Positions 38,889-49,528 of a stretch of DNA of 64,000 bases are shown here, piece by piece. The stretch is from an uncultured Alphaproteobacteria bacterium. Lineage in GTDB: Bacteria; Pseudomonadota; Alphaproteobacteria; Rs-D84. Location of the stretch: the NCBI GenBank assembly GCA_963540515.1, contig CAUTNA010000001.1, forward strand, positions 5,420 through 69,419. Reading direction: 5' to 3'. The position numbers and the translations under genes are program-made. How positions within the stretch are numbered: position 1 is the first letter of the stretch; each line of letters begins with the position of its first letter. Below the pieces are notes generated by a model that saw only the letters and a program-made list of their open reading frames with translations, was not told where the DNA came from and searched no databases.

Positions 38889-40169
38889 ATGATTGATATA
38901 AAGTTTATTCGTGAAAATCAGGATATTGTAAAAAATGCTTGTAAACTCAAAGGATTTATTGATAATACTGATAAAATACTAGAACTTGATAAAAAAGTTA
39001 GAGAACTTAAAACTTTAACAGAAAGTAAAGTAGCAGAAAAAAATAAAATATCTAAAGAAATACCAAATTCTTCAAATAAAGAAGAGCTTATAAAGAAATC
39101 AAAACTTATAGATGATGAAATTTCAGAAGAATTAAAAGAATTAGCTGATAAAGAAAATCTATTAAAAGATTTACTTTTTACAGTTCCACAAATTCCAAAT
39201 GAAGATTCACCTGTTGGTGAAGATGATAAATCAAATACTGTTATAAAAATAGTTGGAAAAATAAGAAATTTTGATTTTACTCCTCTTGCACAATGGGATA
39301 TTTTAGACAGAAATAATTGGTGGTATCCAGAAAAAATATCTCAAATATCTGGAGCAAGAACTTATTGTTTAATAGGAGAAGCTGCAGAATTAAATCTGGC
39401 TGTACAAATGTATGTTATAAATAAACTTATTTCTAAAGGATTTAAACTTATTGAATGTCCCTCAATAACAAAGCTAGAAACTGTTTTTAATGCAGGTCAT
39501 TTTTTAGGTTCAGATTTATCAATAATGAAAGATGATGTGTTTATATTAAAAGACACAGATAAATGTTTAGCTGGTACATCAGAAATTATTTTAAACTCTA
39601 TACATAGAGATGAAATATTAAAAGAAACACAGCTACCTATTAAATATATTGGACTTTCTCAATGTTTCAGAAAAGAAGCAGGTGCTGCAGGAAGAGACAC
39701 AAGAGGACTTGTTAGATTTCATCAATTCAATAAAGTTGAACAATTTGTATTTTGTACAGAAGAACAAGCAGAAGGAATTTATCAACTCCTATTAAATAAT
39801 TTATGTGAAACTATGGAAGATTTGGAACTTCCATACAGAATTATAGCGAATTCTACTGGGGATATGGGATTTAATAAAGTAAAAATGAATGATGTTGAGG
39901 CATGGATTCCATCAGAAAACACATATAGAGAAATGGGAAGTTGTTCATTTATAGGAGATTTTCAATCACGAAGAACAAATACAAGATATAGGGAAGATAA
40001 AACTGGTAAATTAAAATTTTGTTATACTTTAAACAATACAGGTATTGCCCTTCCTCGTGCTATTGCACCATTTATAGAAAATCATCAAAATGCAGATGGA
40101 AGTGTTAATATTCCAATTAAATTACAACCATATCTTGGTGGAAGAACAAAAATTGGAAATAAAAATTAA
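38889..40169 (+). CDS. serS: Seryl-tRNA synthetase
   Basis: N-terminal coiled coil and class II core ('FRKEAGAAGRDTRGLVRFHQF'). Confidence 0.9.
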   Translation: MIDIKFIRENQDIVKNACKLKGFIDNTDKILELDKKVRELKTLTESKVAEKNKISKEIPNSSNKEELIKKSKLIDDEISEELKELADKENLLKDLLFTVPQIPNEDSPVGEDDKSNTVIKIVGKIRNFDFTPLAQWDILDRNNWWYPEKISQISGARTYCLIGEAAELNLAVQMYVINKLISKGFKLIECPSITKLETVFNAGHFLGSDLSIMKDDVFILKDTDKCLAGTSEIILNSIHRDEILKETQLPIKYIGLSQCFRKEAGAAGRDTRGLVRFHQFNKVEQFVFCTEEQAEGIYQLLLNNLCETMEDLELPYRIIANSTGDMGFNKVKMNDVEAWIPSENTYREMGSCSFIGDFQSRRTNTRYREDKTGKLKFCYTLNNTGIALPRAIAPFIENHQNADGSVNIPIKLQPYLGGRTKIGNKN

Positions 40170-40192
40170 TTTAAAATATATGGAAGAATAAA

Positions 40193-42028
40193 ATGAAAAT
40201 AAGAAATATTGCGATAATAGCACACGTAGATCATGGTAAAACAACCTTAGTTGATAATATGCTTAAACAAGCTGGAACTTTTAGAGAAAATGAAAAAGTT
40301 GCAGAACGTGTTATGGATAGCGGAGATTTAGAAAAAGAAAGAGGTATAACAATTTCTGCAAAACCTACTTCTATACAATGGGGAGAATATAAAATAAATA
40401 TTGTAGATACACCAGGACACGCTGATTTCGGTGGAGAAGTAGAGAGAATTTTATCCATGGTAGATGGAGTTGTTTTACTTGTTGATTCTGCAGAAGGACC
40501 TATGCCTCAAACAAAATTTGTATTATCAAAAGCTTTAAAATTGGGATTATGTCCTATAGTTTGTATAAATAAAATAGATAGAGCAGATCAAAGAGCAGAA
40601 GAAGTATTAGGAGAGACTTTTGATCTTTTTGATAAACTTGGAGCAAATGAACAACAATTAGATTTTCCATATTTGTATGCTGTTGGTAGAGATGGTTGGG
40701 CAGTCAGAAATTTATCTGATGAAAAGAAAGATTTAACCCCACTATTTCAGTTAATAGTTGATCATGTTCCAGCACCAGATTGTAGAGGAACACATTGCAA
40801 TATAGACGCACCTTTTACTATGCTTGCAACAACACTAGAGGCTGATCCTTATGTGGGAAGAATACTTACCGGAAAAATAGAATCTGGAACTGTTCGTATT
40901 GGACAACCTGTTAAAGCACTTAATATATCAGGTCAAACTATAGAGCAAACAAAAATAACAAAAATCATTGAACATAGAGGAATTGAAAAAGTATCTTTAG
41001 AGTCGGCAAGCGCCGGTGATATAGTTATAATAGCGGGTTTTTCAAAAGCAACTGTATCGGATACTCTTTGTGATTTAAATGTCGATACTCCACTTCCTGC
41101 TATGCCAATAGATCCTCCAACACTTACTATGACATTTTCTGTTAATACTTCACCGCTTGCTGGTAAAAGTGGAGGTAAAAAATTAACATCTCGTATGATA
41201 GGAGAAAGACTTTTCAAAGAAGCAGAAACTAATATTGCCTTAATTGTTTCACAAAGTGAAAATAATGATGCTTTTGAGGTCTCTGGCAGAGGTGAATTGC
41301 AACTTGGTATTTTAATTGAAACTATGAGAAGAGAAGGATTTGAACTATCTGTATCTAGACCTAGAGTTGTTACAAAAAAAGATGAAAATGGAAATATCTT
41401 AGAACCAATTGAAGATGTTGTAATTGATGTAGATGATGAATTTAGTGGTGTAGTTATTGAAAAAATGACTAAAAGGAAAGCAACTATTGTAGAAATGAAA
41501 TCATCTGGAAATGGTAAAACAAGAATTATATTTTCCGCTCCTTCTAGAGGACTGATTGGATATTTATCAGAATTTAGAACAGATACTAGAGGAACTGGAA
41601 TTATGAACAGAGTTTTCTCTGAATATGCTTCTTATAGAGGTCCAATTATTCAATATAGGCCAGGAGTTTTAGTATCAATGGAAACAGGAAATGCAGCAAC
41701 TTATGCATTACATAATTTAGAATCTAGAGGTTTCTTATTTATAGAACCACAAACTCAAGTTTATTCAGGTATGATTATTGGAGAACATAGTAAAGAAAAC
41801 GATTTAGAAGTAAATCCAATTAAAGGTAAAGAACTTACAAATATGAGATCTGTTACTGCTGATGAAAAACTATTTTTATCTCCTCCTAGAAAAATGTCTT
41901 TAGAAGAAGCATTATCTTATATACAAGATGATGAGCTGGTAGAAGTCACACCAAACACTATAAGACTCAGAAAAAAAGAACTTGATAGTAATATAAGAAA
42001 AAAAATAAGGAAAAATAGTGAAATCTAA
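40193..42028 (+). CDS. typA: Translational GTPase TypA/BipA
   Basis: G1 'AHVDHGKTT', G3 'DTPGH', G4 'NKID'. 611 aa, fits TypA domain order. Confidence 0.9.
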   Translation: MKIRNIAIIAHVDHGKTTLVDNMLKQAGTFRENEKVAERVMDSGDLEKERGITISAKPTSIQWGEYKINIVDTPGHADFGGEVERILSMVDGVVLLVDSAEGPMPQTKFVLSKALKLGLCPIVCINKIDRADQRAEEVLGETFDLFDKLGANEQQLDFPYLYAVGRDGWAVRNLSDEKKDLTPLFQLIVDHVPAPDCRGTHCNIDAPFTMLATTLEADPYVGRILTGKIESGTVRIGQPVKALNISGQTIEQTKITKIIEHRGIEKVSLESASAGDIVIIAGFSKATVSDTLCDLNVDTPLPAMPIDPPTLTMTFSVNTSPLAGKSGGKKLTSRMIGERLFKEAETNIALIVSQSENNDAFEVSGRGELQLGILIETMRREGFELSVSRPRVVTKKDENGNILEPIEDVVIDVDDEFSGVVIEKMTKRKATIVEMKSSGNGKTRIIFSAPSRGLIGYLSEFRTDTRGTGIMNRVFSEYASYRGPIIQYRPGVLVSMETGNAATYALHNLESRGFLFIEPQTQVYSGMIIGEHSKENDLEVNPIKGKELTNMRSVTADEKLFLSPPRKMSLEEALSYIQDDELVEVTPNTIRLRKKELDSNIRKKIRKNSEI

Positions 42029-42863
42029 AAGATTATTTATTTTTGCCTCATACAATACAAAAAATATTATAGATGAATCAGTAATATCCTACGTTGAGCA
42101 TTTATCTAAATTAGGTGATGTAATTTTTTATATGGATAATGATTTAACTGATAATGAACTATCTAAAATAAAAAAATTTACTATTTTTTCTGAAGCAAAA
42201 AGACATAACAAATACGACTTTGGAAGTTATGAACGTGGTTTTATAATTGCTAAAGACAAAAAAATTCTTAAAAATTACGATTTTATTTATTTTGTAAACG
42301 ACTCTGTTTATTGGTTATTTATATCATTGCTATCTACTTTAGATGATTTGGAATCAAAAAAAACAGATGCAATTGGAATATCTTTTAATCCTCATAAAAA
42401 GAATTATCATATACAAACATATTTCTTTGGAATTAATAAAAAAATATTTTTATCTGATAAATTTTATAAATTCATTACAGACTATAAAAATTCAGATAAA
42501 GGATTAATAACATACAAATTTGAAATAGGTTTTACTCGTTTCTTGGAAGATAATAAATTTTCTTGGTGTTATAAATATTCATTAAAAAGGAAATCTGTTT
42601 ATAATAATATAAAAAAGTTATTTAATATAAATTTTCCATTTTTAAAAAAGGCATCTTTTATAAGAAAACATGGCGGACTTGGTAATCAAATATCTTATGT
42701 GTTGAATAAATTAGAACCAGAGAATAGAGCTATAATTTTGAATAGTTCAAAAATTTCTTATGGTAATAATTATATAGATTGGTTATTAAACAAAACTTAT
42801 TTAACTTACTTATACAGAAATATAAAACATATTTTTTATAAAATATTTGTTGAAGGAATATAA
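42018..42863 (+). CDS. RgpF-like (rhamnan-synthesis protein F family) putative glycosyltransferase
   Basis: 'FIFASYNTKNIIDESVISYVEHLSKLGDVIFYMDN' resembles the RgpF N-terminal signature. GTG start overlaps the typA end by 11 nt. Contains an A8 tract. Confidence 0.4.
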   Translation: MKSKRLFIFASYNTKNIIDESVISYVEHLSKLGDVIFYMDNDLTDNELSKIKKFTIFSEAKRHNKYDFGSYERGFIIAKDKKILKNYDFIYFVNDSVYWLFISLLSTLDDLESKKTDAIGISFNPHKKNYHIQTYFFGINKKIFLSDKFYKFITDYKNSDKGLITYKFEIGFTRFLEDNKFSWCYKYSLKRKSVYNNIKKLFNINFPFLKKASFIRKHGGLGNQISYVLNKLEPENRAIILNSSKISYGNNYIDWLLNKTYLTYLYRNIKHIFYKIFVEGI

Positions 42864-42866
42864 ATT

Positions 42867-43697
42867 ATGAAACGTATAGCAGCAATTACTATGGCGCGTA
42901 ATGATGATTTTTTTTTAAGTCGCTGGATAGAATATTATGGAAAAGAAATTGGAAAAGAAAATCTTTTTGTATGTTTAGATGGCTTAGATCAAAATGCTCC
43001 TAAAAATTCAAAAGGTGTAAATGTCAATAAATTTGAACATATAGATAGTTTATCTCGATCAAAAGCAGATAAATACAGAATAAATATTATATCTAAATTA
43101 GCAAAAAATTTATTCAAAGATGGTTATGATATTGTCATAGGTTGTGATAGTGATGAGTTTTTAGTTTTAGATCCTAAAATAAATATTTCATTAAAAAAAT
43201 ATTTATCAGAAAAAAAGAATATTAATTCTTTATCTGCTCTTGGATTAGATGTTTCGCAAGATTTAAATAAAGAATATTTACTTAATAAAAAAGAACTCTT
43301 TCTAAAACAGAGAAATTTTGCTCTTCTTTCAACAAGATATACTAAACCTGTAATATTATTTAAAGCTTTGAAATGGGGAAGTGGATTTCATTGCATAAAA
43401 AAACATAATTTCCATATAGATAAAAATTTATATTTATTTCATTTTGGTAGTGTTGACTATGAAATGCTTAGAAGTAAAATAACTGATCGAAATCCTGATT
43501 GGAAAAAACATTTAAAAAGAAGAGCTAAATCTATTTTTATAGTTACAACTAAAAAAAATAGAAGTGAGTTTAATATAAAGTTAGCAAGATTTTTACAAAG
43601 TGTTATACGACCAATCTATGCATGGAATAAACCTGCTATGTTTGGAATTAAATTAGTTACAACAATACCTGAGAGATTTAAAAATATAGAACTATAG
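42867..43697 (+). CDS. Putative GT-A-fold glycosyltransferase (uncharacterised family)
   Basis: 'IAAITMARNDDFFLSRWIEYYG' is typical of the N-terminal UDP-sugar-binding strand of GT-A enzymes. 'GCDSDEF' is DxD-like. Confidence 0.35.
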   Translation: MKRIAAITMARNDDFFLSRWIEYYGKEIGKENLFVCLDGLDQNAPKNSKGVNVNKFEHIDSLSRSKADKYRINIISKLAKNLFKDGYDIVIGCDSDEFLVLDPKINISLKKYLSEKKNINSLSALGLDVSQDLNKEYLLNKKELFLKQRNFALLSTRYTKPVILFKALKWGSGFHCIKKHNFHIDKNLYLFHFGSVDYEMLRSKITDRNPDWKKHLKRRAKSIFIVTTKKNRSEFNIKLARFLQSVIRPIYAWNKPAMFGIKLVTTIPERFKNIEL

Positions 43698-43727
43698 AAT
43701 AGTTCTATATTTTTATTTATATATAAA

Positions 43728-44723
43728 CTAACTAACAAAATCTATAATTCTTTTATAATACTTCCGTGCTCTTTGTGAAGACTTATTATCTAAAATACCA
43801 TCTTTCATAAGACCTAAAAATATAGATTTTGCCTTCTTTGTGTCTTCAACATCTAACCCTTTAATTTTTCTAAATATAAAAAATATAAACGGCCATAAAA
43901 ATTCATGATTCCATAATTCAAACTCATAAAGAGAAGCTTTTTTATATTTTTCAAATCCATCTTTTAGACCAGTTGCTATATCCTTTATAATAGTTAAATT
44001 CTTAGTACTAGCTAAAATAGAATTTAAATTAGGAATATAGTAATATAATGGTAATTTAGTTATAGTTATACTTGGCTTTTTAAGTATAACAGATGTCCAC
44101 CAAGGAAGATCTTCCATTATTATACCTTTGATAAAAGGTATATCTTTTATTAACTCTCTTTTATATAAATTCTGCCAAATATAACAATGTTTAATCTGCC
44201 AATATTTTTTACGATGACTTCTTTCTGTACAATAAGCTATAGCATCATTTATATTTTTATATCTTATTTTATCTATGTCATAAATTTTATTTATATTACT
44301 AGGTCTAACATTATTTATATCCATTCCTAATTTTTGTTTTATTAATAACTTTGTTCTAAGACCTGTGTATTTTCTAAAAGAAACTATATCTGTTCTATTT
44401 TTTTGTGCTAAATAATATGTTATTTCCAAAGTTTGTTTATGTATAAAATCATCAGAATCTAAAAAGAAAATATAATCGCCTCTTGCTTTTGAAATCCCAA
44501 AATTACGAGCATCTGAAAGACCACCATTTTCTTTTTTAAAAACTTTTATTCTTTTATCTTTATTCTCATATTGTTTTAATATTTTGTCGCAATTATCAGG
44601 ACTACCATCATTTACACATATTACTTCAAAATCATCAAAAGTCTGTGATAAAACACTATCCAAACATCTTGGTAAAAACTTCTCAACATTATAAACTGGT
44701 ATAACTACAGATATTTTCGCCAT
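43728..44723 (-). CDS. Family 2 glycosyltransferase (copy 1)
   Basis: 'VVIPVYNVEKFLPRCLDSV', 'VICVNDGSPD' and 'FLDSDD' GT2 motifs. N-terminal about 245 aa identical to the 45729-46721 product. Confidence 0.8.
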   Translation of the reverse strand: MAKISVVIPVYNVEKFLPRCLDSVLSQTFDDFEVICVNDGSPDNCDKILKQYENKDKRIKVFKKENGGLSDARNFGISKARGDYIFFLDSDDFIHKQTLEITYYLAQKNRTDIVSFRKYTGLRTKLLIKQKLGMDINNVRPSNINKIYDIDKIRYKNINDAIAYCTERSHRKKYWQIKHCYIWQNLYKRELIKDIPFIKGIIMEDLPWWTSVILKKPSITITKLPLYYYIPNLNSILASTKNLTIIKDIATGLKDGFEKYKKASLYEFELWNHEFLWPFIFFIFRKIKGLDVEDTKKAKSIFLGLMKDGILDNKSSQRARKYYKRIIDFVS

Positions 44724-44733
44724 AAATACTCCT
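44003..44733. repeat. Direct repeat unit A (731 bp, identical to 46001-46731)
   Basis: Manual comparison of the two GT2 loci. Identity runs from inside the GT2 coding region through the start codon and RBS. Flanks 43728-44002 / 45729-46000 are diverged homologues. Confidence 0.8.
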
Positions 44734-45649
44734 ACATATTAATTATAACATCAGCAAAAGTACCCTTTTCAGGATTAGATGCTCCACGATATGTTAATTT
44801 TTGAAAGAAAACTTTACTTGTAATATCATCAAAAATCTTTTTATCAAATTTCTTATTATTATAAGCCCACCACAACGCATGAGTTGGATCTTGATCTATA
44901 TGTGGCATTTTTTCAAAAAACTTCTTAGCTCTTTTATCATTTAAAACTAAAGATTTAAAAAGTAATTGATGCATAAAATAGTCCATTTCTCTTGGTTCAT
45001 TTTTCCAATATTCCAGTATCATAGCTCTCCAAGCTTCTAACAAATAAGCTCCCTTACGACTTCTTATAAAACAATTCTGAACAAAACTATAAGGACTCCC
45101 AGCATTTCCTGCCATATACATAAAAAAATCCTCTTTTATTATATTATCTGGAATAGGAGAAGATACAAAATCAGTAGCATCCATCCAAAATCCACCATAA
45201 TTATGTAATAATTCAACACGAGAAATATCTGCAAAATGAGCTTTAGCTATATTACCTTTCCTATACTTATCAACAATCACATCTGGTAATTCTATATAAT
45301 CAAATATAGTTTTATCATTCAATACTAGATGTTCCTGAGAACAATTTCTTCTAACACTTCTAAAACACGCTTTTACTAATTCAGGAGCATTTTCTTCCCC
45401 CTGAAACCATATAGAATAAATTTTTTCATTTTTATCATTCTTTACAGGATCTTTAACTTCAACTTTTGAAGTACTTTTAAGGTATCTTTTAAAATAGTCC
45501 GCTATCACAACAGATACAACATTTGCCCTGACCTCTCTTCTTTTTTCTCGTTTTCTCCAAAGCCAGTTAAAAACATGAGCAAACAAAACTATTTTTGTAA
45601 CAGCAAATATCCTGTTTTTTAATTTTAATCTTTTTATATCTATACCCAT
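44732..45649 (-). CDS. GT32-like glycosyltransferase (Gly_transf_sug, DxD motif)
   Basis: 'IWFQGEENAP', 'FADISRVELLHNYGGFWMDATDF' and the DxD motif are typical of OCH1/capsule-type sugar-binding regions. Confidence 0.6.
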   Translation of the reverse strand: MGIDIKRLKLKNRIFAVTKIVLFAHVFNWLWRKREKRREVRANVVSVVIADYFKRYLKSTSKVEVKDPVKNDKNEKIYSIWFQGEENAPELVKACFRSVRRNCSQEHLVLNDKTIFDYIELPDVIVDKYRKGNIAKAHFADISRVELLHNYGGFWMDATDFVSSPIPDNIIKEDFFMYMAGNAGSPYSFVQNCFIRSRKGAYLLEAWRAMILEYWKNEPREMDYFMHQLLFKSLVLNDKRAKKFFEKMPHIDQDPTHALWWAYNNKKFDKKIFDDITSKVFFQKLTYRGASNPEKGTFADVIINM

Positions 45650-45655
45650 AATAAA

Positions 45656-45731
45656 AACTCCTATTCTTCTGTTGGTTTTACTATTCCATTTGAATCAGAT
45701 ATCATAGATTCAGCTATAATCCATAATCTTA
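45656..45731 (-). repeat. Decayed copy of the recA 3-prime end (relic of a segmental duplication)
   Basis: 'tcttctgttggttttactattccatttgaatcagatatcatagattcagctata...atccataatctta' aligns to recA nt 46748-46833 with a 13-bp deletion and substitutions. Confidence 0.55.
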
Positions 45732-46721
45732 TTCAAAACTTTTAATCTTTTTAAGAATTCTATTTGCCTTCACATAAGAAGGGTTATTCAAAATACCATC
45801 TTTCATAAGACCTAAAAATATAGATTTTGCTTTCTTTGTATCTTCCTTATCTAATTCTTTAATCTTTCTAAATATATGAAACATAAATGGCCATAAAAAT
45901 TCACGATTCCATAATTCAAACTCATAAAGAGAAGCTTTTTCATATTTTTTAAGACTATCTCTTATTCCTGTTACTGTATCTTTTATAATAGTTAAATTTT
46001 TAGTACTAGCTAAAATAGAATTTAAATTAGGAATATAGTAATATAATGGTAATTTAGTTATAGTTATACTTGGCTTTTTAAGTATAACAGATGTCCACCA
46101 AGGAAGATCTTCCATTATTATACCTTTGATAAAAGGTATATCTTTTATTAACTCTCTTTTATATAAATTCTGCCAAATATAACAATGTTTAATCTGCCAA
46201 TATTTTTTACGATGACTTCTTTCTGTACAATAAGCTATAGCATCATTTATATTTTTATATCTTATTTTATCTATGTCATAAATTTTATTTATATTACTAG
46301 GTCTAACATTATTTATATCCATTCCTAATTTTTGTTTTATTAATAACTTTGTTCTAAGACCTGTGTATTTTCTAAAAGAAACTATATCTGTTCTATTTTT
46401 TTGTGCTAAATAATATGTTATTTCCAAAGTTTGTTTATGTATAAAATCATCAGAATCTAAAAAGAAAATATAATCGCCTCTTGCTTTTGAAATCCCAAAA
46501 TTACGAGCATCTGAAAGACCACCATTTTCTTTTTTAAAAACTTTTATTCTTTTATCTTTATTCTCATATTGTTTTAATATTTTGTCGCAATTATCAGGAC
46601 TACCATCATTTACACATATTACTTCAAAATCATCAAAAGTCTGTGATAAAACACTATCCAAACATCTTGGTAAAAACTTCTCAACATTATAAACTGGTAT
46701 AACTACAGATATTTTCGCCAT
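45729..46721 (-). CDS. Family 2 glycosyltransferase (copy 2)
   Basis: Same GT2 motifs. C-terminal about 85 aa diverge from copy 1. Confidence 0.8.
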   Translation of the reverse strand: MAKISVVIPVYNVEKFLPRCLDSVLSQTFDDFEVICVNDGSPDNCDKILKQYENKDKRIKVFKKENGGLSDARNFGISKARGDYIFFLDSDDFIHKQTLEITYYLAQKNRTDIVSFRKYTGLRTKLLIKQKLGMDINNVRPSNINKIYDIDKIRYKNINDAIAYCTERSHRKKYWQIKHCYIWQNLYKRELIKDIPFIKGIIMEDLPWWTSVILKKPSITITKLPLYYYIPNLNSILASTKNLTIIKDTVTGIRDSLKKYEKASLYEFELWNREFLWPFMFHIFRKIKELDKEDTKKAKSIFLGLMKDGILNNPSYVKANRILKKIKSFE

Positions 46722-46731
46722 AAATACTCCT
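46001..46731. repeat. Direct repeat unit B (731 bp, identical to 44003-44733; period 1998 bp)
   Basis: As for unit A. Confidence 0.8.
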
Positions 46732-46738
46732 AAGCTCC

Positions 46739-47806
46739 CTACTCTTCTATACTTTCTACTATATCACTTGAATCAGATATCATGGATTCAGCTATACCAC
46801 TTGATTTATCCATAATCTTACTTAAAATTTCCTCTGCAATATCAGGATTTGTCTTTAGCCAATTTCTTGCATTAGCTTCGCCTTGTCCTATTCTCTCTCC
46901 ATTATATGAATAAAAACTTCCAGCTTTTTCAATAATATCATTTTTAACACCCATATCTAAAATCTCACTAGATTTAGATATACCTTCTCCATACATTATT
47001 TTAAAATCAACAGTTCTAAATGGAGGAGCAACTTTATTTTTTACAACTTTTACCCTTGTTTCATTTCCTATAACATTTTCTTTATCTTTTATTTGACCTG
47101 TTCTTCTTATATCCAATCTAACAGATGCATAAAACTTTAAAGCATTTCCACCACTCGTTGTTTCAGGAGACCCAAACATAACACCAATTTTCATTCTAAT
47201 TTGATTTATAAAAATAAGAAGAGCATTACTTCTTGAAACACTACCCGCTAATTTTTTCAAAGATTGAGACATAAGCCTTGCAGTTGTTCCAACATGTGTA
47301 TCACCAATATTTCCTTCTAATTCAGCTTTTGGTACAAGAGCCGCTACACTATCAACTACAACAACATCTACCGCACCAGATTTTATTAAAGTATCTGCTA
47401 TATCTAAAGCTTGTTCCCCAGAATCTGGCTGAGAAATAATAAGATTTTCAACATTTACACCTAATTTTTTAGCATAAGATGGATCTAAAGCATTCTCAGC
47501 ATCTATATAAACACAGGTTCCACCTTTTTTTTGAGATTCGGCAACAGCATGCAAAGCAAGAGTTGTTTTTCCAGAACTCTCTGGACCAAAAATTTCAACA
47601 ATTCTTCCTTTTGGATAACCACCAATACCAAGAGCTATATCCAAACCAACAGAACCACTAGAAATAGCTTCTATATTCTGATGGTTTCCATCTCCCATTT
47701 TCATTATAGCTTCTTTACCAAAAGCTTTTTGAATCTGTGCAAGAGCAGCTTCTAAAGCTGGATTTTTTTCTGCTATATTCTGTGTTTTTGTTTCTTTCTT
47801 TGCCAT
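46739..47806 (-). CDS. recA: Recombinase RecA
   Basis: 'GPESSGKTT' Walker A, L1/L2 loops and an acidic C-terminus. 355 aa. Confidence 0.95.
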   Translation of the reverse strand: MAKKETKTQNIAEKNPALEAALAQIQKAFGKEAIMKMGDGNHQNIEAISSGSVGLDIALGIGGYPKGRIVEIFGPESSGKTTLALHAVAESQKKGGTCVYIDAENALDPSYAKKLGVNVENLIISQPDSGEQALDIADTLIKSGAVDVVVVDSVAALVPKAELEGNIGDTHVGTTARLMSQSLKKLAGSVSRSNALLIFINQIRMKIGVMFGSPETTSGGNALKFYASVRLDIRRTGQIKDKENVIGNETRVKVVKNKVAPPFRTVDFKIMYGEGISKSSEILDMGVKNDIIEKAGSFYSYNGERIGQGEANARNWLKTNPDIAEEILSKIMDKSSGIAESMISDSSDIVESIEE

Positions 47807-47809
47807 AGA

Positions 47810-49006
47810 TTACCTTTTTGTATTATATCTATATAGTACAATTAATGCAGAAATAAAAGATATTATTGTTGCTGCAATCCAAACCCCTTGTGTTCCTCCT
47901 AAAATAAATATAAATAGAGAAGTTAATACAGGAACTATAAAACTTGTCAAATTTCTTGCTGTTTTAAATATACCATAATATCTTGCTTTTGCATTTGGTT
48001 TAACACTTTCAAAAAAAAACAAATCATGAACAGGCTCCATAATAGCACCAGAAAATCTCCATAAAATAAATATAACTAAAAGAGACCAACCTTTGATAAA
48101 AGAAGCTAAAAATGCAAAAATACCAAAAGATATAAAACCAATAAACATTGGCAATTTTATACCACGTTTTCTTGCAATTTTACCAATAAACTCTGACATT
48201 AATATATAGGGAAGAATACCAACTGTTAAAATTACTCCAAGAGTTCCTTTACTAAAACCATTTTCTATAACAGTTATTGGAACATATAAATTCCTTATTG
48301 TATAAAGAGCATAATAGCCAAAATTTATAAAGTAAGAACTGACTAAAGACGGATGATAAAAAAAAGAAATTACATTTTTTATAAGTGATTTTATTGTAGA
48401 TCTTGTATTTATTTTTTTTATTTTTTTATCTTCTTGTATTATTCCAAAAAATTTAAAAACAAATAAACAAATTAAATAAACAAAAGAAGTTACAAAAAAA
48501 ACACTTCTATTATTAAAGCTTGAAGCAATTAACATTGAAATACTTGGTGCAATTAATGCACCAATATTTATCCATAAATAATATCTTGCATTTAACCTCG
48601 CTATACCAACATCTTTTGAAAAATCAACCATAAAAAGAGGAATTAAAATTCCTATAAAAACACTGGCTATTCCACAAATATAATCAATAGAAATAAATGT
48701 TTCTGGTTTTATTGAAAAACCTAATAAAAAATGACCAATAGAAAGAGTAAGAAGAGCAGAATAAAATATTTTAGCTTTAGAAATATATTTAAATACTTCA
48801 TTAGCAAATAAGGATATAAACATACAAAATAAAGAATATATAGATATGTAAATACCTATTGCTACTGGATTCTTAAATATATCAAGTAATACTAAAGAAT
48901 ATACCGATCCAATTACACCTCCAGCAAAACCAGTAAAAAGACCTAAGTTTGCAAATGAAAAACCATTTACAAAACTTCTAATAGATAAATATTTATCTCT
49001 AGCCAT
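47810..49006 (-). CDS. MFS transporter (12 TM)
   Basis: Twelve hydrophobic segments and loop 2-3 'GKIARKRG' of MFS type. Confidence 0.7.
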   Translation of the reverse strand: MARDKYLSIRSFVNGFSFANLGLFTGFAGGVIGSVYSLVLLDIFKNPVAIGIYISIYSLFCMFISLFANEVFKYISKAKIFYSALLTLSIGHFLLGFSIKPETFISIDYICGIASVFIGILIPLFMVDFSKDVGIARLNARYYLWINIGALIAPSISMLIASSFNNRSVFFVTSFVYLICLFVFKFFGIIQEDKKIKKINTRSTIKSLIKNVISFFYHPSLVSSYFINFGYYALYTIRNLYVPITVIENGFSKGTLGVILTVGILPYILMSEFIGKIARKRGIKLPMFIGFISFGIFAFLASFIKGWSLLVIFILWRFSGAIMEPVHDLFFFESVKPNAKARYYGIFKTARNLTSFIVPVLTSLFIFILGGTQGVWIAATIISFISALIVLYRYNTKR

Positions 49007-49017
49007 TTTATATATTT

Positions 49018-49452
49018 TTATTTTTTATTCTTTTGTTGTTCCTCATACACTTTTTCGAAATCAAATGGTGGTATAAAGAAAGGTTGAAAACCAGATTCAC
49101 CGGTTAAATTTAAAATAAGACTTCTTACAACTGGAAATATCATTGTTGGAACATCAATTAAAAGTATTTTCTTTTTTGTTTCATCATCAGCTTTTTCATC
49201 AGTTAATTTTACTAAAGCAGAATATGTAGAATCTATTAAAAATACAGACTTAGAATCTTTATCCAACTTAGAGTGTAATTTTATTATTAAATCAACCATA
49301 AAAACATTATTGTCTGCACCTTTTATTTGAGTATAAACCTCTGTTTCAATTTTAGATTCTCCACCATCTTTTTTAAAAAATAAATCTGGAACATTTGGAC
49401 TTTCAAAAGAAATATCTTTTAGAAATTGATATATTATTTCAAACTGTTTCAT
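49018..49452 (-). CDS. secB: Protein-export chaperone SecB
   Basis: 'FEIIYQFLKDISFESPNVPDLF' aligns to the SecB N-terminus ('QRIYTKDISFEAPNAPHVF'). 144 aa. Confidence 0.75.
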   Translation of the reverse strand: MKQFEIIYQFLKDISFESPNVPDLFFKKDGGESKIETEVYTQIKGADNNVFMVDLIIKLHSKLDKDSKSVFLIDSTYSALVKLTDEKADDETKKKILLIDVPTMIFPVVRSLILNLTGESGFQPFFIPPFDFEKVYEEQQKNKK

Positions 49453-49528
49453 TATTCACCCTTTTTTAAAAATTAAATTTATGATAATATATCAGTAAAA
49501 CCAATTTTTTACAAGATTAAGGATTAAA

